64,000 nt of DNA from the human T2T-CHM13v2.0 reference genome, Homo sapiens, in assembly GCF_009914755.1 (NCBI RefSeq), contig NC_060938.1; one strand, 5' to 3'. The notes beneath the pieces are model-generated. The model made no database searches. It was not told the DNA's origin and saw only the letters and a program-made list of their open reading frames with translations. The translations under genes were made by a program, and so were the position numbers. Positions 13,691-32,325 of this stretch are shown in pieces. Positions within the stretch are counted from its first letter, which is position 1. Every line of letters begins with the position of its first letter.

Positions 13691-13768
13691 TTAAAAAAGT
13701 CATCTTTGAGATAACTGGGGAAATGTTCTTGTGGACTGAGTACTAGATGACATTATAAAATTACTATA

Positions 13769-14145
<377 letters not shown>

Positions 14146-15549
14146 CTACTTGAGAAGCATATTGAAATAAAGAGGAAATGACATGGTGTCTGGAATTTTC
14201 ATTAAAATATTCCAGGAAAGTACTGGAAGAGAGGAGAAATATAACAAGGTTGACAAAATATTAATTGTTGAAGCTGAGTGATGGATGATAAGCGCTTATT
14301 CTAGCATTATCACTATTTTTGCTTAAAATTTCCTTAATAAAAATATTAGGGACATGTGACAGGTAATTGCGATGTGCCACCAACCATTGCCCACAAGCAC
14401 CACAAGATCTGTTGTTGCCACTCAAGTCCCAGATTTCTTTCCATGATGTCTCCCAAGATAGAAAAGTAGTCCCAAATTTAAAATCATAGATATGAATTGC
14501 AGGGAGATTCTGTTTAGAGCACAATTTGACCATTAAAAGTGATTAAAGGCAGAGCTTTTCTTATATTGTTCATCAAATTATATCCAGAGTCTAGCTCACT
14601 GATTGGCCCAGGATAGATGATAAGTAAATGTTTGTGGAAATTAAAATGCAAGATACACTCCGTGGCATCTCCATCCTGTCACCATCCACCACTTCCTTAG
14701 TTTGTTTCTGTCCTTTAGATTCTCTGGGCTACATTCAGAATCTGTTCCAATTAACCAGGGTTATGAGTTCCTGCTGTCTTGGTTTTGGTGTTGTGTGAGC
14801 ACTGGTGCATCACAGGCAACTATTAACTCCTATTATCAGTAATGACCTCCCCCTCTTAAGAAACAACCCTCCTTCCAAGTGGGTGTTCCACATAAGTGAA
14901 ACGGTAAAGAAGAGCAGTAATAGGTAAAACATGTTTCAGAGAAAGCAAAGCAACAGGAAGTTGGGGAGGGGAAAGCTGGGCTCCACTAAAACCCGGTAGA
15001 GAAACAGGGAGCGGGGAAGGAAAGCGAAATCGGGGCGGATTCAAAAACCCTGAGGACCTGTGGGAAAAAACCCTCAGACTTCTGGCCAGGAACTGAAATG
15101 TATGTCTGCAAAATATGTATAGCCAAGCAACTAACCACTTCAACCTCCCAATATCCTTTCTCTAGGCCCCTTAAGAGCTGTCTTCCCACACCTTCCACCC
15201 CCTTTCTCCAATAAAGTCCAAAATCAGCAATCAGTGTTGACATCAACGTGCAAACGGCTTAGAGCCCCAGGTAAAACAAAAGACGCCTGCAAAAAGGCAA
15301 ACGAGAAAGGAACTCAAGGAAAGTTCATGATGGAAAAATAAACACAGGCAAAACAAACATCCACAGAGAGGAAAAAGAGGGAAACCAAAGAGACAAGATC
15401 AGCCAGAAAAAATAAGAACAAAAACAATGAGAAAAGCCAAGAACAAGGGGGAAAAAAAGGACAGACTAAAATAAAATACAGGCATAATTCTCCAAAGAAA
15501 AGTAGAGGAAAAGGCAGGGAGAGAATCAGCATTTGGGGCACAGGACTAA

Positions 15550-15740
15550 GAACTTTTACATAGATTGGCTCACTTAATCTTCACATCACTCTGAAAAGTG
15601 GATATCACTATCTCCATTTTGCAGAGGTGAAAATACAGGCCTACAGGCTTAAGTTATTGGTCTAAGTCTATATAGATAGAAAATGGTAGAGCAGAATTTC
15701 AACACGACTCTGCTAATTTCAAAACTTACACTCTCTTGCA
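15550..15740 (-). mobile_element. MIR fragment
   Basis: CTCACTTAATCTTCACA...CTCCATTTTGCAGAGGTGAAAAT core. Confidence 0.6.
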
Positions 15741-17185
15741 GCCTACCCTGGGTTTAAAAATGTGACAAATGTGACTTTAAATTTGGTTGATTACATTCAT
15801 TAATACTAGTAACCATATTTTTAATTATTCCTTTATTTTGGATAATTCCTTAAAATGAGTCGAATGCTTTTATTTCTTCCAAAACATTATACTTCTTACC
15901 CCACTCATCCTCCCACTTATAGACCTAAGAATCTCTCCCACATAGATGAAGCATCTAACCACACATAAGCAGCTAAGGCAAAAGAGTTGACACTACCCAC
16001 CTGTTCAGGTGACTCTAAAGCTGTCACACACACACACACAAGAAAAATACTCTTCTGGGACCAATCTGGGAAGGACTAAAATTACAGGAGGGAGAGTCAG
16101 GGTCAGTAGGTGACTGAGACTGACTCTAATATGAAAACATCTTTGAAGCTAATGATGAAACTGTGGGGACAATGAATGTGTGGATTTGGTGTGTTTTGGG
16201 GGACCTGAATGGTATATATCTTATTTCCTGTTAGGTCATAAGCTCCAACAGGGCACCTTTATCTTGTCCAAACACTACAATGCCTTAAACTTCAAAGGCA
16301 CTCAAAGATTAGTCAATGAATGAATGAATACAGAGTCTTACATTACATCCTTGTGAATTTGAGGAGTATCAAGATACTCATTTTATTTTGAAAACGTAAA
16401 ATTACTCTTAAATTTTTAAACATAGAATAAAGGAAGTCAGGATGGCATAACTAAGTTTCAGAACTGAACTAGTTCCTTTTTCAGCATAAGGAAAGTAGTC
16501 AACAGCTAGGACCTAGGGAGATGGCAGAAAGAAGTGCTAACCTGACTGCAGTCAGAGAGTATTGTTTTCCTTTAACCTTTAGGTTTTTCCCTACTAACTT
16601 TTCAGCATGTTCCCACCCATCGAAGTTCTTATATTCCACATTTAGTAGTATCGGATACACAAACAGGCTACAGAGTCTGTGCAAATAAAATGACTACCAA
16701 GCCTGATCTTCCATTGGGAACTCTAGAGCCCGTGGAAGTTTGAATCCTTCCACAAAGAACCCCTTCTCCAACATGACTTTACAGGCCCCTCGGATTTACT
16801 GGCTGGGCTCTGACTACTGTGTTGATTTTCCTGGTTCATAAAGCCAAGCAGAGTTCCTGCTGCCAGACAGGTGTATTTGTTTTTGAATGATAAGGACACT
16901 CACTTGCTCTCAGTTTAGACTAATAATAAACACTTCAGATACCCTTCTAGGTCTGAAAAGGAAAGAATAAAAAACTCTCCAGTAACAAAGTCTGTTAATG
17001 GAGTCCTATTCCTTAAAGAACATATGGCCTTGTACCAGAGCTGGGTGCTTGCTGCTGACCTTTCTGGTCAAGCAAACTCTCTGAATGTTGCCTTTGAAAG
17101 CCCTTTCCCATCAATAGAGGCCTCAGGTTAGGTTCATCTAATTATAAGGAAAGGGGGACTTCGAGAGTCAGGGGAAATCAAATAA

Positions 17186-17546
<361 letters not shown>

Positions 17547-17946
17547 AGAGGAAACCTTTTTCACTTCTTTAGCCTAGCAGCCTAAAAACATGCTGCCTGT
17601 GTGAGTGGACATTTGATGAATCAGTAACAAAAGCAGACACAGCAGGTCAGCCAGAAGAAAATAAAAGAGTGTGACAAAGGAAAATTCAAAGAGGAAGTAA
17701 ACAGAACAAATTTGCATTCCTTTAAACCACCTAAAAACCTAATGTTGTAAATGGAGTGGTTTAGAAAGGAATGCATCCAAGGTCCATTCACAGCCCTCTG
17801 CCTTGGTTATCAAGGTGGTGGTGGATGACTTCTGGAATCAAGATGCCCAGAGACGTGAGGAGGGGTCAGGAAGACTGGCAGAGAAAGCTGGCTGCATCCT
17901 GGGCACCGATGCTGTAATCCTCTCCTGCCTCACGTTGACTGTTTGA

Positions 17947-18360
<414 letters not shown>

Positions 18361-18708
18361 TGATTTTTTACCACCACAAATCACTTGAAAGCAGCTTGCC
18401 TTAGCGGGAATCTGACAGGTCTGAGCACTACCACTGCCGGTTGTCTCCCTCCCAGTTCTCGATGTTCCACTAATGCAAGAGGAAGGAACACCTCAGCCTG
18501 AGATAGGGTGATGATGAGGGCACGGCGCATCCATTGTCTCCAGGGCTGTTGGGGATGAGCACTGGCAGCACTGGCACTTCTTTGCTGAACCACGTTTCTG
18601 AAACTTTGAAACCAATGGCAGAAAAAAATGGCAACTCCTTCCATGAGATAAGCATGAAAGAGTGCTTGTGACAAATTTATCTTGCTTTGTCTTACTCTCT
18701 TCATGTGA

Positions 18709-19200
<492 letters not shown>

Positions 19201-22200
19201 TGAAAATGCAAAATTACTCCTAAATTTTCAATTTAATTCTAGATGGCAAATACATGTGTATTTGTTATTTTAATAACCTTCCTCTAACTTGAAGATGTTT
19301 CATAACAAAAAAGGAAAGAAAGGGTAATAGAAGAACTTGCGCATTCTGGCTGTTTTCTCTTCCTTGAAGTTAGGATACAGTTAGAAAATTTACTATTTAG
19401 AAAATGAAATGTATGTGTTCTGAAACATCCCTTTCCCAGATGCAAGTTTGGTATACAGTGAGCATGACATGTTCCAGAGGATTGCTAAGGAAGAAACTGT
19501 GCAGTCACTCCCTGTTCTGTGCATATTTGCCTCATGGGTTCTTCTTGTCTCGCTTTTTTATAAATTATATTCCTTTTTTCAATTGTTTTACCACAGAGTT
19601 ATTCCAGTATAAATGTCTTCTTAAGAGAAATATACTCAAGTATGTAGGGATGACGAGTCTGCAATCTCCTTCATTAGTTCATAGATAGATAAACTGATGG
19701 ATACATAGATGCCTAGATAGATATATGCATAGTTAAAAAATAATTTATTAAAATATAATGGAAAGTATGTGTGTATTATTCTTTCACTTTTTCTGTATGC
19801 TGACATTTTTTATGATTAAAACTTAAAAGAATGAATGAGAGGAAAGAAGAGATGGAAAGAATGAAAGAAAGAAAAAGAAACAGAAGAAGAAAGGAAGAAA
19901 TAAATGATTTCTTAAGACAGACCCCCTGAAGATGTAGTGTTTAGCTGGTTTGTTCATTCTGAGAGCTTCCATGGTCAACAATAGCTTACAACATTACATT
20001 TTAATCACCTTATGTCCAATTATTATAAATTACACAATCACTTTGTGAAATTTGATACCAGCTCCACTAGACTTCTCAGTGAACCTTCACAGAGCAACTT
20101 CTCTGAGAATCCTCTAAAGTTTAGCTGTAATCTTCTTCTGGCCATTCTGTGGGTCTGATTTATAGGTGAGATCTGCTTCAGCATAAATACCTCACCCCTA
20201 CTCTTTTCAGCAGTTCCAGGAATCTTTTTATTGTTGACCACCTGTCTTGAACTAGTCAAGGTAGGTATTGTTGACTGGATGACCCCACCAGTAGTCACAA
20301 CTTAGCCACCTAGCCCCAGCCACCTCTACCTGAGATGGCATATGTCACAGTTCTAGCCTTATAACATATGTGAAAATCTGGTGGGTGAGTTCTGAATAAA
20401 TTCTTGTTTTCCTCATTAAATGGGCCTTATCACCATTTTACCCTTAAGCCTTTGTCCTTTGGCCTTTAACTCCTTTTCCTTCTTCCTGCTACAATGTAAA
20501 CATGAGTTCTGGAACTCTAGCAATCTTCTAGAGATTCTGAGGTGACCAAAGAAGAATGACAGTGGAGTGGCAAGAAGAAAAATGTCTAGGTTTCTGATAT
20601 CACTGGTAAGCCACCTTGCCAGCCTTGGAATTCCTTTTGAGAAAAATAAATAATGGCCCCTAAGAGTGAAACCTTATAGAAGGGTTTTCTATAATTTGCA
20701 GCTGAAAGCAGGTCTCACTGACTTGACGAACTTTATCACCTTCTAGAAGATTTGGTCCTGGCATAACAAGAGTCACTCCCAGACTCATACTGTCCACTCA
20801 TGATACCCTAATCAGAGCTTGGGCTGCCCACAAGTTACCAAGGGAGTGAGTCTTTCATGTGCCACATTTTTACACTCCACTGAGAGACTGATCTTAGGTT
20901 CTGAGCGTGACTGTTTCTTTTATTTTCTTCAAATCCTTCTTCCAAAAGAGCAACGTGATTTTTTTCAGACCTGTGGACTAGGTCCAATTCTCTCAGACAA
21001 GGCAATCTTGCTACTTTCACCCCTGGAGAGTTACCCAAGTATTGAGCCAAAGAAATTGAATATAGTCTATGAGTCAGTAATCATACCCATGAAATTTTTC
21101 AAGAAATAAATCTTCCTCTGGCCTATAGATATGTCTGGAGACTCTGGGAAAAGAATCCTGGACTTCCCATTGGGTAGAGAGACAGAAAGAAAAGATATTC
21201 TTTGTTCTCATAAACTTCCAAAGAACAATTTAAGTAAATAAGGTTCGACTAATAACTCTGGAGATAAAATCCTTTACCTTGGCATTGCTGAAATGCAAGC
21301 CAAGACAGAACGAATTTTCCCTGCCACTAGTCCTCAGGCCTTAGTTTTGTACTGGGTCCCAAAATGATTTCTGTTTTGGAAACCCCAAACCACGCAAAAC
21401 TTGGTAGGTCTGGAGTTTGTACATAGGAATAAAACAAGCCAAGTTTCCTCCTGACCTTGGCTAACCTTAAAATCAATCGTTCTTCCAGTGCTGGTCTGGC
21501 CAACAGTGAAGCTTGTGGTTTCATCTTGGTTTTACCACAAAACTTTGTGATGAAACATTAAGAACCCACTGAGATTTGTACTTCCATTCTTGTCTTGTTT
21601 CAAGTTATTTTTGCAAAACCTGGTGAGTTCTGTAGCATATGACTATATCACCCTAATATTTCTCTTCTGTTGTGCATGGGCTTAGAACCAAATTTCTGCC
21701 CAGAAGCAGTTTTTGAGAACCCAGTGATGAAAAGGCAGAAAATATCACTAAAATCCAGTCAGTGTAACATCAAGAAGATTCTACAGATCTGATAGAAATC
21801 TATGTGATACCACACTATTACACCAACTAAAGCAACAATTCAAATAATTTGAAACACAGTAAAGAAAAAACTTGCTGGGGGCTGGGTATGATAGCATAAA
21901 GGAGTTGGAGGAAAGAAACCCAAGAATTGACAAATGTTGCCCCAGACTAAAAGTACAAGAAACACAGAACTGGCATAGCACTGTGAGAAACCCAAGAGAC
22001 AAATAAGAGGCTGGGATTTACCCCCAATAAAGAGTAGCTCCATGGTTTCTAGCCCACAAATCTGGGTTAAATCAAGAAACACATGTAGAGAAAATTCAAA
22101 AATCTGAATGTGCAGTCATTAGCAAGGACAGAGTACTTTAGTCTCATGAGCTGATTGTGCCATTGTAGGTGTAAAAATTAACATCTTCATTCTGTATTCT

Positions 22201-22872
22201 AGCTTTGAATTGGTGTTGATAAAAATAAGCATGCCAAGTATTAAGTGGTCTTATCCAATATGGATTGTCATCACTAGAAATCTTTGGGAAAATATCACCA
22301 AGCACCCATCATTTTCTCATAAAAATAGTGAATTCTAACCCCCTTCGGTTATGAGGTACCTGAGCTGAATATAACTAAAAGTAAAAACAGAAAGCTCTAT
22401 ATGCCTTAAGCCCCTTCGAAACCTGAATCCTATTTTGTAGGTTTAGAAATTTAGCCACAAAAACTAATTAACCAACCTTGGAACAGAGAATTTTTGCTTC
22501 ATCCCAACAGACTCTTGTGAATTATGTATGATGTTTTTCGGTGATAGTAAAAGGGAAACCAGGGAAGGAGAGATACGCACCACCAACTACTATAAAATCA
22601 TGAAAGCAGAAAACCAGTCTCATGTCAAGAATATACTAGGGACAATCCTTGGGTCAGTGATAATATACAGACCAATTCCTGGAACTTTAAAATTTCTGCA
22701 AAAGCGATCAGGAATGACCCAAGGAGAAGACTAGATAGATGACTGTCACTTCCCCAGGGCCCCTCTTTCTCCACCTCTCCCAGGTAGCTAGCATACAAAG
22801 TGTGCTATGCAATTTTCATGTCTTTCTCAAGGGCCAGACTGATAGAAACTTCATGAAGTTCTAATAGATCGA

Positions 22873-23335
<463 letters not shown>

Positions 23336-23983
23336 CTAATAGATCAAGACGTGTATCTATTTATCCTAAAGAGTCATTTCTACCTTCTTGACCTCAATGA
23401 AAATCACAAGTTGCCCCAATGCTGCTATGAGTTCCAATCTACTGAATTGCCCCATAGGTCACAGGTCAAGTTACCTCCAAGGAACTGATTACAATAAAGT
23501 GATACAAAGAGGCACTTCTCCCCTAAATACCAACCCTGGGCTGTGGCTCCAAAGCCAAAATTCTAGGACAAGATCACATATTTGACATCAAAGCCATCAC
23601 AGCCAACGGGCCCCAATTTCCTACCCTTCTGCAAGATATACATATAGGCTCCCTATGGTAAAAAGCCACCCACCAACTGCCTATGTCACCAATGTATAAA
23701 ATTCAGTGAGCTCATAATATAAACAGAGGACTATTTACTATACTCTTGGCACTGGCGAACTTATAAACAATAGCTCAGTGGAATATTTTTGCATTGAGTT
23801 TGTTTCCTGAGTATGTTTTTCTTATAAATCTGCATGCTTATCCAAAGACCACATAACTCATTAGGCATTACAGCTGTCCTTGTGACCTAAAATCAAAGGG
23901 GTGTTACTTGGGCTCTTTCCCGTTGAAAACTGTAAATGATTTACCATTCTTGGTTTAAGGTTCAGGAAAGAGTTTCTGTACAT

Positions 23984-24002
23984 TGGCCAGCAGGTGGCAC
24001 TC
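23984..24002 (+). promoter_or_regulatory. CTCF consensus motif, forward orientation
   Basis: TGGCCAGCAGGTGGCACTC fits CCASYAGRKGGCRS at every position. Confidence 0.75.
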
Positions 24003-24156
24003 ACATCCAAGGCTATGAGGCGTTTTCCTGCTAGCCAAGGAAATCTTTGTTCACAAAATATTGGTTCATTACAGTTCAGTAAATACTAGGTAGATGACTT
24101 TTTAGTAAAAGACCGTGAATTTCACTCCTAGTGTCTTCTTAAATGTTGGCATTGGA

Positions 24157-24562
<406 letters not shown>

Positions 24563-24637
24563 TTATTTGGCCCAAGGTACTTCTGTCGTCCCTTTCCTTG
24601 GCAATATTTGGAATAGGATTAAGGACTCACATACTAA

Positions 24638-24975
<338 letters not shown>

Positions 24976-25179
24976 CAAAACCATTTTTGAATAAGAATGA
25001 ATTAAGCAGAAATAAATAAAGACAGTCCTTGCTAAAGAGTCTCTTAATATAACAATAGTGGCTACATTTGCCAAGTCATAGTTCATGAAGGTCTAGAAAT
25101 TGTTTTGTAAAAAGGGTTGAAATTTAATTATCCATAGACTATGCTTAGAATATATTTACCACTGAGTCACATGTACAAA

Positions 25180-25464
25180 TTTTTTTTTCTTTTGAGATGG
25201 GGTCTTGCTTTATCTCCCAGGCCAGAGTACAGTGGCACAATCATGACTCACTGTAACCTTAGGCTCCTGGGCTCAAGCGATCCTCCTGCCTCAGCCTCCT
25301 GAGTTGCTAGGGCTACAGGTGTGCATCACCATGACAGCTAATTTTTTGTAGAGACAGGGGTCTTGCTACATTGCCCAAGCTTGTCTTGAACTCCCCTCAA
25401 GCCATGCTCCTGCCTTGGCCTCTCAAAGTGCTGGGAATACGGGTGTGAGCCACCTCTCCTGGCC
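25180..25464 (-). mobile_element. Alu (J-type)
   Basis: Diverged antisense Alu. Confidence 0.9.
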
Positions 25465-25817
25465 ATACTAATTATTATTAATAATCCATATATCTCCACC
25501 TTGAAGAAGCAAAATCAATCACCCTATTATTTTAGTAAATAGAGATACAATAAAGTCTTATTGGCTGTATAAGACCAGGTATACTACTAGCTAGCACTAC
25601 CACTTGCTGAGCACTTATTACATGTCATACGCTGTCAAAAACCTGCAACATACAGCAATTTAATCTTTACGGCAACCTTATGAGGAAGGTAGCACAATTA
25701 TCTTCACTTTGCAGAAAAGGAAAATAAAGGTCAGAGGCAAGTTACATAATCTATGTAAGCCTCATCTCATTTTTAAACTGTGAATAACAGCATAGACATG
25801 TCTTATAGTTGAGTCCC

Positions 25818-26521
<704 letters not shown>

Positions 26522-29500
26522 TAGTAGTAGTATAGAGGTTATTTGCTCAGGGTCACACAGACAGTATGTGACAAAGTTGGAATTTGAACTCAGGTCTATC
26601 TGACACCAAAACTTGGGTGCTTAGCCAGTAGGAGATGATGCCTCTAAATGACAAATCCAGGGTAATTCTGAGAATAAAATAACACTTCTAGAAATATGAA
26701 AGTGTTATTTCATATTAACACTTTTATGGAGAGAACATACAAGAATGGTCATCCAGCAATAGAAGCCCATCTCTTTAAAATTTCTCCTTCCAGACCCAAA
26801 CACACATACGAAGCAAATGTCTCCTCCCACTCATCTTGCAGGTCAAGATGACCTTTTATCTATCTGACCAAAATATGATATCTTGATGGTCATAAAACTA
26901 TATCCTTCTCAACGGAGGAGGGTAAGGAACTAGAAGTTAATGAAGAAACATGACTGGTGCAAGCCAGAAACACCCAATATTGAGCCAAGATGACCACACC
27001 ATAGAATGCAGAACCAAGTCTTTATCCTGGCTGATACAGTACCAGCAATATGACTTTGAGTGAACTATGTAGTTCAGGCATATAAATCACAGTGAATGGT
27101 GATGCTGAACCATGGCATTAAGGGACAAGTTCTCTGAATAGTGGCCTTAGTAAGATTGGTGTGATTTTTGAAATATTTCTTGATATGGTTCTAGTTCACC
27201 CACCAAGTTAATTTCACGCATTTGCCATTCTTCTAGCTGCCTTGGAATTCATATGTGAAATTGTTTTGGATCAGTATATTAAAATAGTTCAATGAAACCC
27301 CATTCCTTATTTATCAGGATAAAGTAAATTGATTTAAATTACATTGTTTTAGGTTTCTGACCCCCAAGATTTCTCTGTGTGTCTGTGTTTTAAGCTATCA
27401 TTTCTCAAACACCTACTATTTGCTAGGCATTAGGCCTACCCTTTAAATACATTAATAGGAGAAATGTTCCTATCACTCACTGTCCCTTATACTCCTGAAC
27501 ATCATTCTTTCATCTATTCAAAAAGCATCCATGAAGCACCATCTAGGTATTTGGCACTGAGCTGGGCACTGGTCATACAAAGATAAATAAAGTGCACCCT
27601 CTCATATGATAGATACCCATCTTCTTCCTCTATTTATCTTCCCTCAGATGCCATCTATGCCTTAAAACTTAGACAGAATTATGGACGAGAAAATAAAGAA
27701 CACAAAGGGAAATTAGGTTCAGTAATAAACAGGAGTAGGGGAATGTCCAAGAACAAAAGTTTGGAAAAATATAAAACCGATCAGACTCTCCTCAGGTGCT
27801 CCATATGGATCAGGTCTTACTAGAAATCTCTTACCTGGGAACTTTAAACAAAGGACAGTCAGCCTCTAATATCAGGATGACATCTGGCAACCTGAGAACA
27901 CTCCAGAGACATTTATTCAATATTCAGAAAAGAAAACTACATGTCTAGGTTCTTTATAAATCATCAGAGTCAAGGTTTTCTTGTTGAGGGGAGGAAGAAA
28001 GAAAAAGGAATGATAATGCTACCTTCTGAAGTTGACCAAGACAAAGTCTCTAAATCATCACAAGCTGATCCTATCTAAAGTATGGACAATTTGAAAATCC
28101 ATGAGATATTTTCCAGATTTTAGCCCAAGTCCTAGACCCCTTGAGGTTTAACTAATGTGCTAAACTCGAAATGATACTTGCCCCTCTAAACCCTTTCTGA
28201 ACAAGACTAGAAGGGGTTTATTGAGAGCATAATTACTGCTTCTGGAAATAACACCAGAAAATGTTTTTTAAAGGATAAATACTGAGGTGTTTTGAGTGGG
28301 CATCAAAGGTGGCAGTGAACTTCTGCCAAGAACCTTAAAAGGCAACCACAATGCAGTAAACTCAGCCTGTTCTGATGGGTTATCTAGAACCTTAAATGTT
28401 TTTTTTTCTAGCCACCCTGAACTCTTAACAAGAAGATGACAAACCACAGGTTAGACAACTGCAATAAAGGATGTTATTTATTATGTACAAGTTACACTCT
28501 TAATAAATTATCTTTGCCAACATGCTGAATACAGTAAGGCATTCAGGCAGCTGGTGTACTCTTTAGCAGATCTCTAAGATATGATTCTACTAAAAATATA
28601 GAAAGAAATTTTAAAACTTAAAAAGATAGAAATAGAACCCTGATGGCCTGAAAGCTTTTGTGTACCTTAACAGACCTGTAATTTACTAAGGGGTGAGGGA
28701 AAAGGTTGACTGAAGCTGCCTGCCTAATCTAGATTTACAAACTGTTTATAAAATTGGAGCAGTCAGTCCAATAAACATTATGCTTTCTGTACTGCAAATG
28801 GCCAGTTTCACTGCATTTGAAGTAGTTGTTGTTTTATGGGAATGTGATGCCAGTTTTCTATAGGCACAGCCTTAGGCATTTGGAAGAATCTAGTTTAAAA
28901 AGTGTAACCATAGTTTATACACATGCTTATACTTGTTAACCAATACAACTACAATTATTCCAAAAAGACACTGTTTATATTAGATTTGTTTTTCTGGGTT
29001 TAATACAGAGTTAAACACCAATAAATTCACTGAATGTAGTTAGATAAAAATCTTGCTCTCATTACCTTATGAACATTTACTATGGTTAACACCTTCCTGG
29101 GGTAATCTGGCAGTATTTTTGTTTGGATTTTTTTTTAATTAAAAAAAATGCTAGCAAAGGTAAAGAGTCACAGTTTAAAGACAAAGATCATTTTTCTAAA
29201 TTTTTTATAATAAAAATACTTATCTCCCCCAAACATGAATGACGTATATATTAGATACAACTTAATGAAACCAGCCTACACCTTTGTTATAAAATATGTG
29301 ATGTTACCATGATGCTTTTCTAGGTAATTGTACTTCCCATTTCTCAGGGACAATTTGTCTCCAAGGCTACCTGGACGGTTTTTAGTTTCCACAATCTTAT
29401 CAAGAGAGATCAGGCAGGGTGATAAGGCTATCCCATATACAGTTGTATCTGGAGGCCATGGCCAAATCCTCACTGTTAGCGCTACACTTGACCCAAGAAC

Positions 29501-31999
29501 CATTTTGTGGATTGCTCATGAATAATATTTTTAACCATAATTCTCTACTCATTGTTAGAAAGGAGAGCTTTCTTTATATTTAACTGGTCAACTCTTTAAA
29601 ATAAATGTGACCTCAACTCTATGAATTAACCAGTGGCCATGAGCAGATTCTTTCTGAGACAGCCACATTAAATCATTCTACCAGGAGGGCAGAGGCCTTT
29701 CACGATGGTGGTTTTCTAACTATTGCCAAATTCTCAAGGTAGAAAAGTGTTCCTATAAGAGTTAGAGGTACACTCCACTACCTCTTTTCCTTGCATTCAC
29801 AAACAAAGACAGTACTAAGTTGGAATTCTCATGAGATGCTTACTGTTTTCAACCTTACTTTTATTATCATTGCTTGTACATACATGGCCAGCAATTTCAC
29901 TTTGCCAGAGATTTCATTCTAGGCAAAATTTCTAATTTAACTGTAACACTCAGAGCATATCTAAATATTTGGATTCATTTCTGATGAAAACAAAGGGGCC
30001 AGAAGTTTAGAAGAGATCTCTGTGCTGACATGTCTGCTTTCTAGATGCAAAGCATTTGGCTCAACCAGGCAGCACAAGTTCACTCAATTATCTAATCCCT
30101 TCTAGCATTACATTTTTACTTTTTCAAATCTTTAGCTAATTATAAGCACAACTTTATCAGCAAAAGAGAGAAAACGTTTTTTCTTACCCCTTTTGATTCA
30201 ACTTCATTACCAACTCCAATGTCTCCCCCCTACAAGCCTTAATTAATTACCCACTGTTGATGAATGAGTCAATGATTCAATAGTGTTTATTTCCATTAGT
30301 AAAGACAATTGCATAGAATCTACCTGGCATGGTTATGAGAATGTGTGAAAGAGGAAGATATATGGAAAAGAAAGAGCCAAGCTTTTGAGAGATTACTAGA
30401 TAGGTCAAATTGCTGAGAAAACAAGTAAGTTACAGTAATCTCTCACTTCACATACATTACCAAAAACTATGGTCCTTAGGAATTCACTGCTGGTTCTGTT
30501 TACTGTCTCCAAATAGCTGATCCAAGATAAGAAATTTTTTTCTGACATTAAGCTGATTCGTGAATGCACATTGTCTAAGATGGTACTTCATCTTAATAAC
30601 CCATTGATTTCTATAAAACTCAATAATCGATTTTTTTCTTACTGAAAAAATTTACCAATCTGGTAGTCATAAAGAGATACAGTATACATATAATAGCCAT
30701 CAGTATTATAGTCTCAGTAATTCACCTACACTAAGCAAGCTTATATTTTTCTTCCATAAAAAGTATTTATAAACATTATAACTTTTTGTTCAATCTTAAG
30801 AGGTTAAATCAATTAAAATATGAATAAATAGAAAGTCTTCAAAGCTTCCTCAGCCATCAGCTTAACAGCCATCCACATACACACAAAAGATACCACACTA
30901 AAATCTAGAACAGGAAGTAAAGAATAAATACCACTTCCAGTTATGACTGGAACATAAAGGCGCATACGCCAGGTCTTACATCTGAATTCCAGCCAGGATA
31001 CCAGCATCGTTGATACTACTTCCAAGAGAACTAAAAAATATTAAGGTGAATTGTGTGGTCAGGACTTGATGTTTTATTTCTCAGCTCTTAAGAAATGTGG
31101 CATCTTAGAATTCTCTTCTCTTAATGGATAAAATACTGTAACTTCAACTTTCGACCAGTTGATGTACTGGGTCAGAAAGGGCTAATGGTGGACTTAAAAA
31201 TAATAGTTGGCATCAAATTAGCCTTCACAATACAAACTGGCTTGTGGACAAAGAAGGAGCTACAGATCAGGCTCTGGACCTGCTGCCTCTTACCCACTCT
31301 ACCCAGGGAGGCATGAAATCACCAAAAGCATTTCCCGTAGGAAACCACAAACCCCAATACCTCTGGTCCCACCTGCATGTCCTCTGTACAAGGGTTGGCC
31401 CACCCCAATTCTGTTTAACTCTCAGAGCCAGCGGGTATACAACTGCAGCAAACCACTGAATTTCACAATGTAACTTGAGACAAACTGAATCTGAAAGGCT
31501 ATTTTATGGGTATTTTGCCTCCACTCCTGCAGGTAACACAATCCACAGTTCACCCACTGGCTAGCAGTATTTGACTCTCCTAATCCTCATTACCATACTT
31601 CCTTTGGTATACTTCTCAAGGGAAGTATGGCTGAGAACACCAGCAAAGAAAATAGGTCTTTCTTAATCGCTCGTGTTGTTCATAAAAAATATAATGGAAG
31701 ATTAAAATCAATCTTAAGTCTTGTTTGTGAGTTTTGTTTATATCTCCACAAAGATTTTGTACTTTTGTTTTACTATGTTTATTATCTATTTAAGGTAGTT
31801 ATCCATATCAAAATCTTCATTGTCCTAAAGTTATACATGATCTAATAATAAAAAGGGGAAGAGATCACAAATTACAATATTTTTCATGAGCATGTTTTTA
31901 CAGCAAGTTTGCCACCATAAAATGCTGAAAAGTTGAACTTTGAGAAATGAAGCTGATATTTCATTACATTCTCTGTTTAGCTCAGTTAACTAATGTTGA

Positions 32000-32325
<326 letters not shown>

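Noticed and set aside
21360-22330. Possible old pseudogene
   Set aside because: The frames I translated gave no recognisable protein; needs BLASTX
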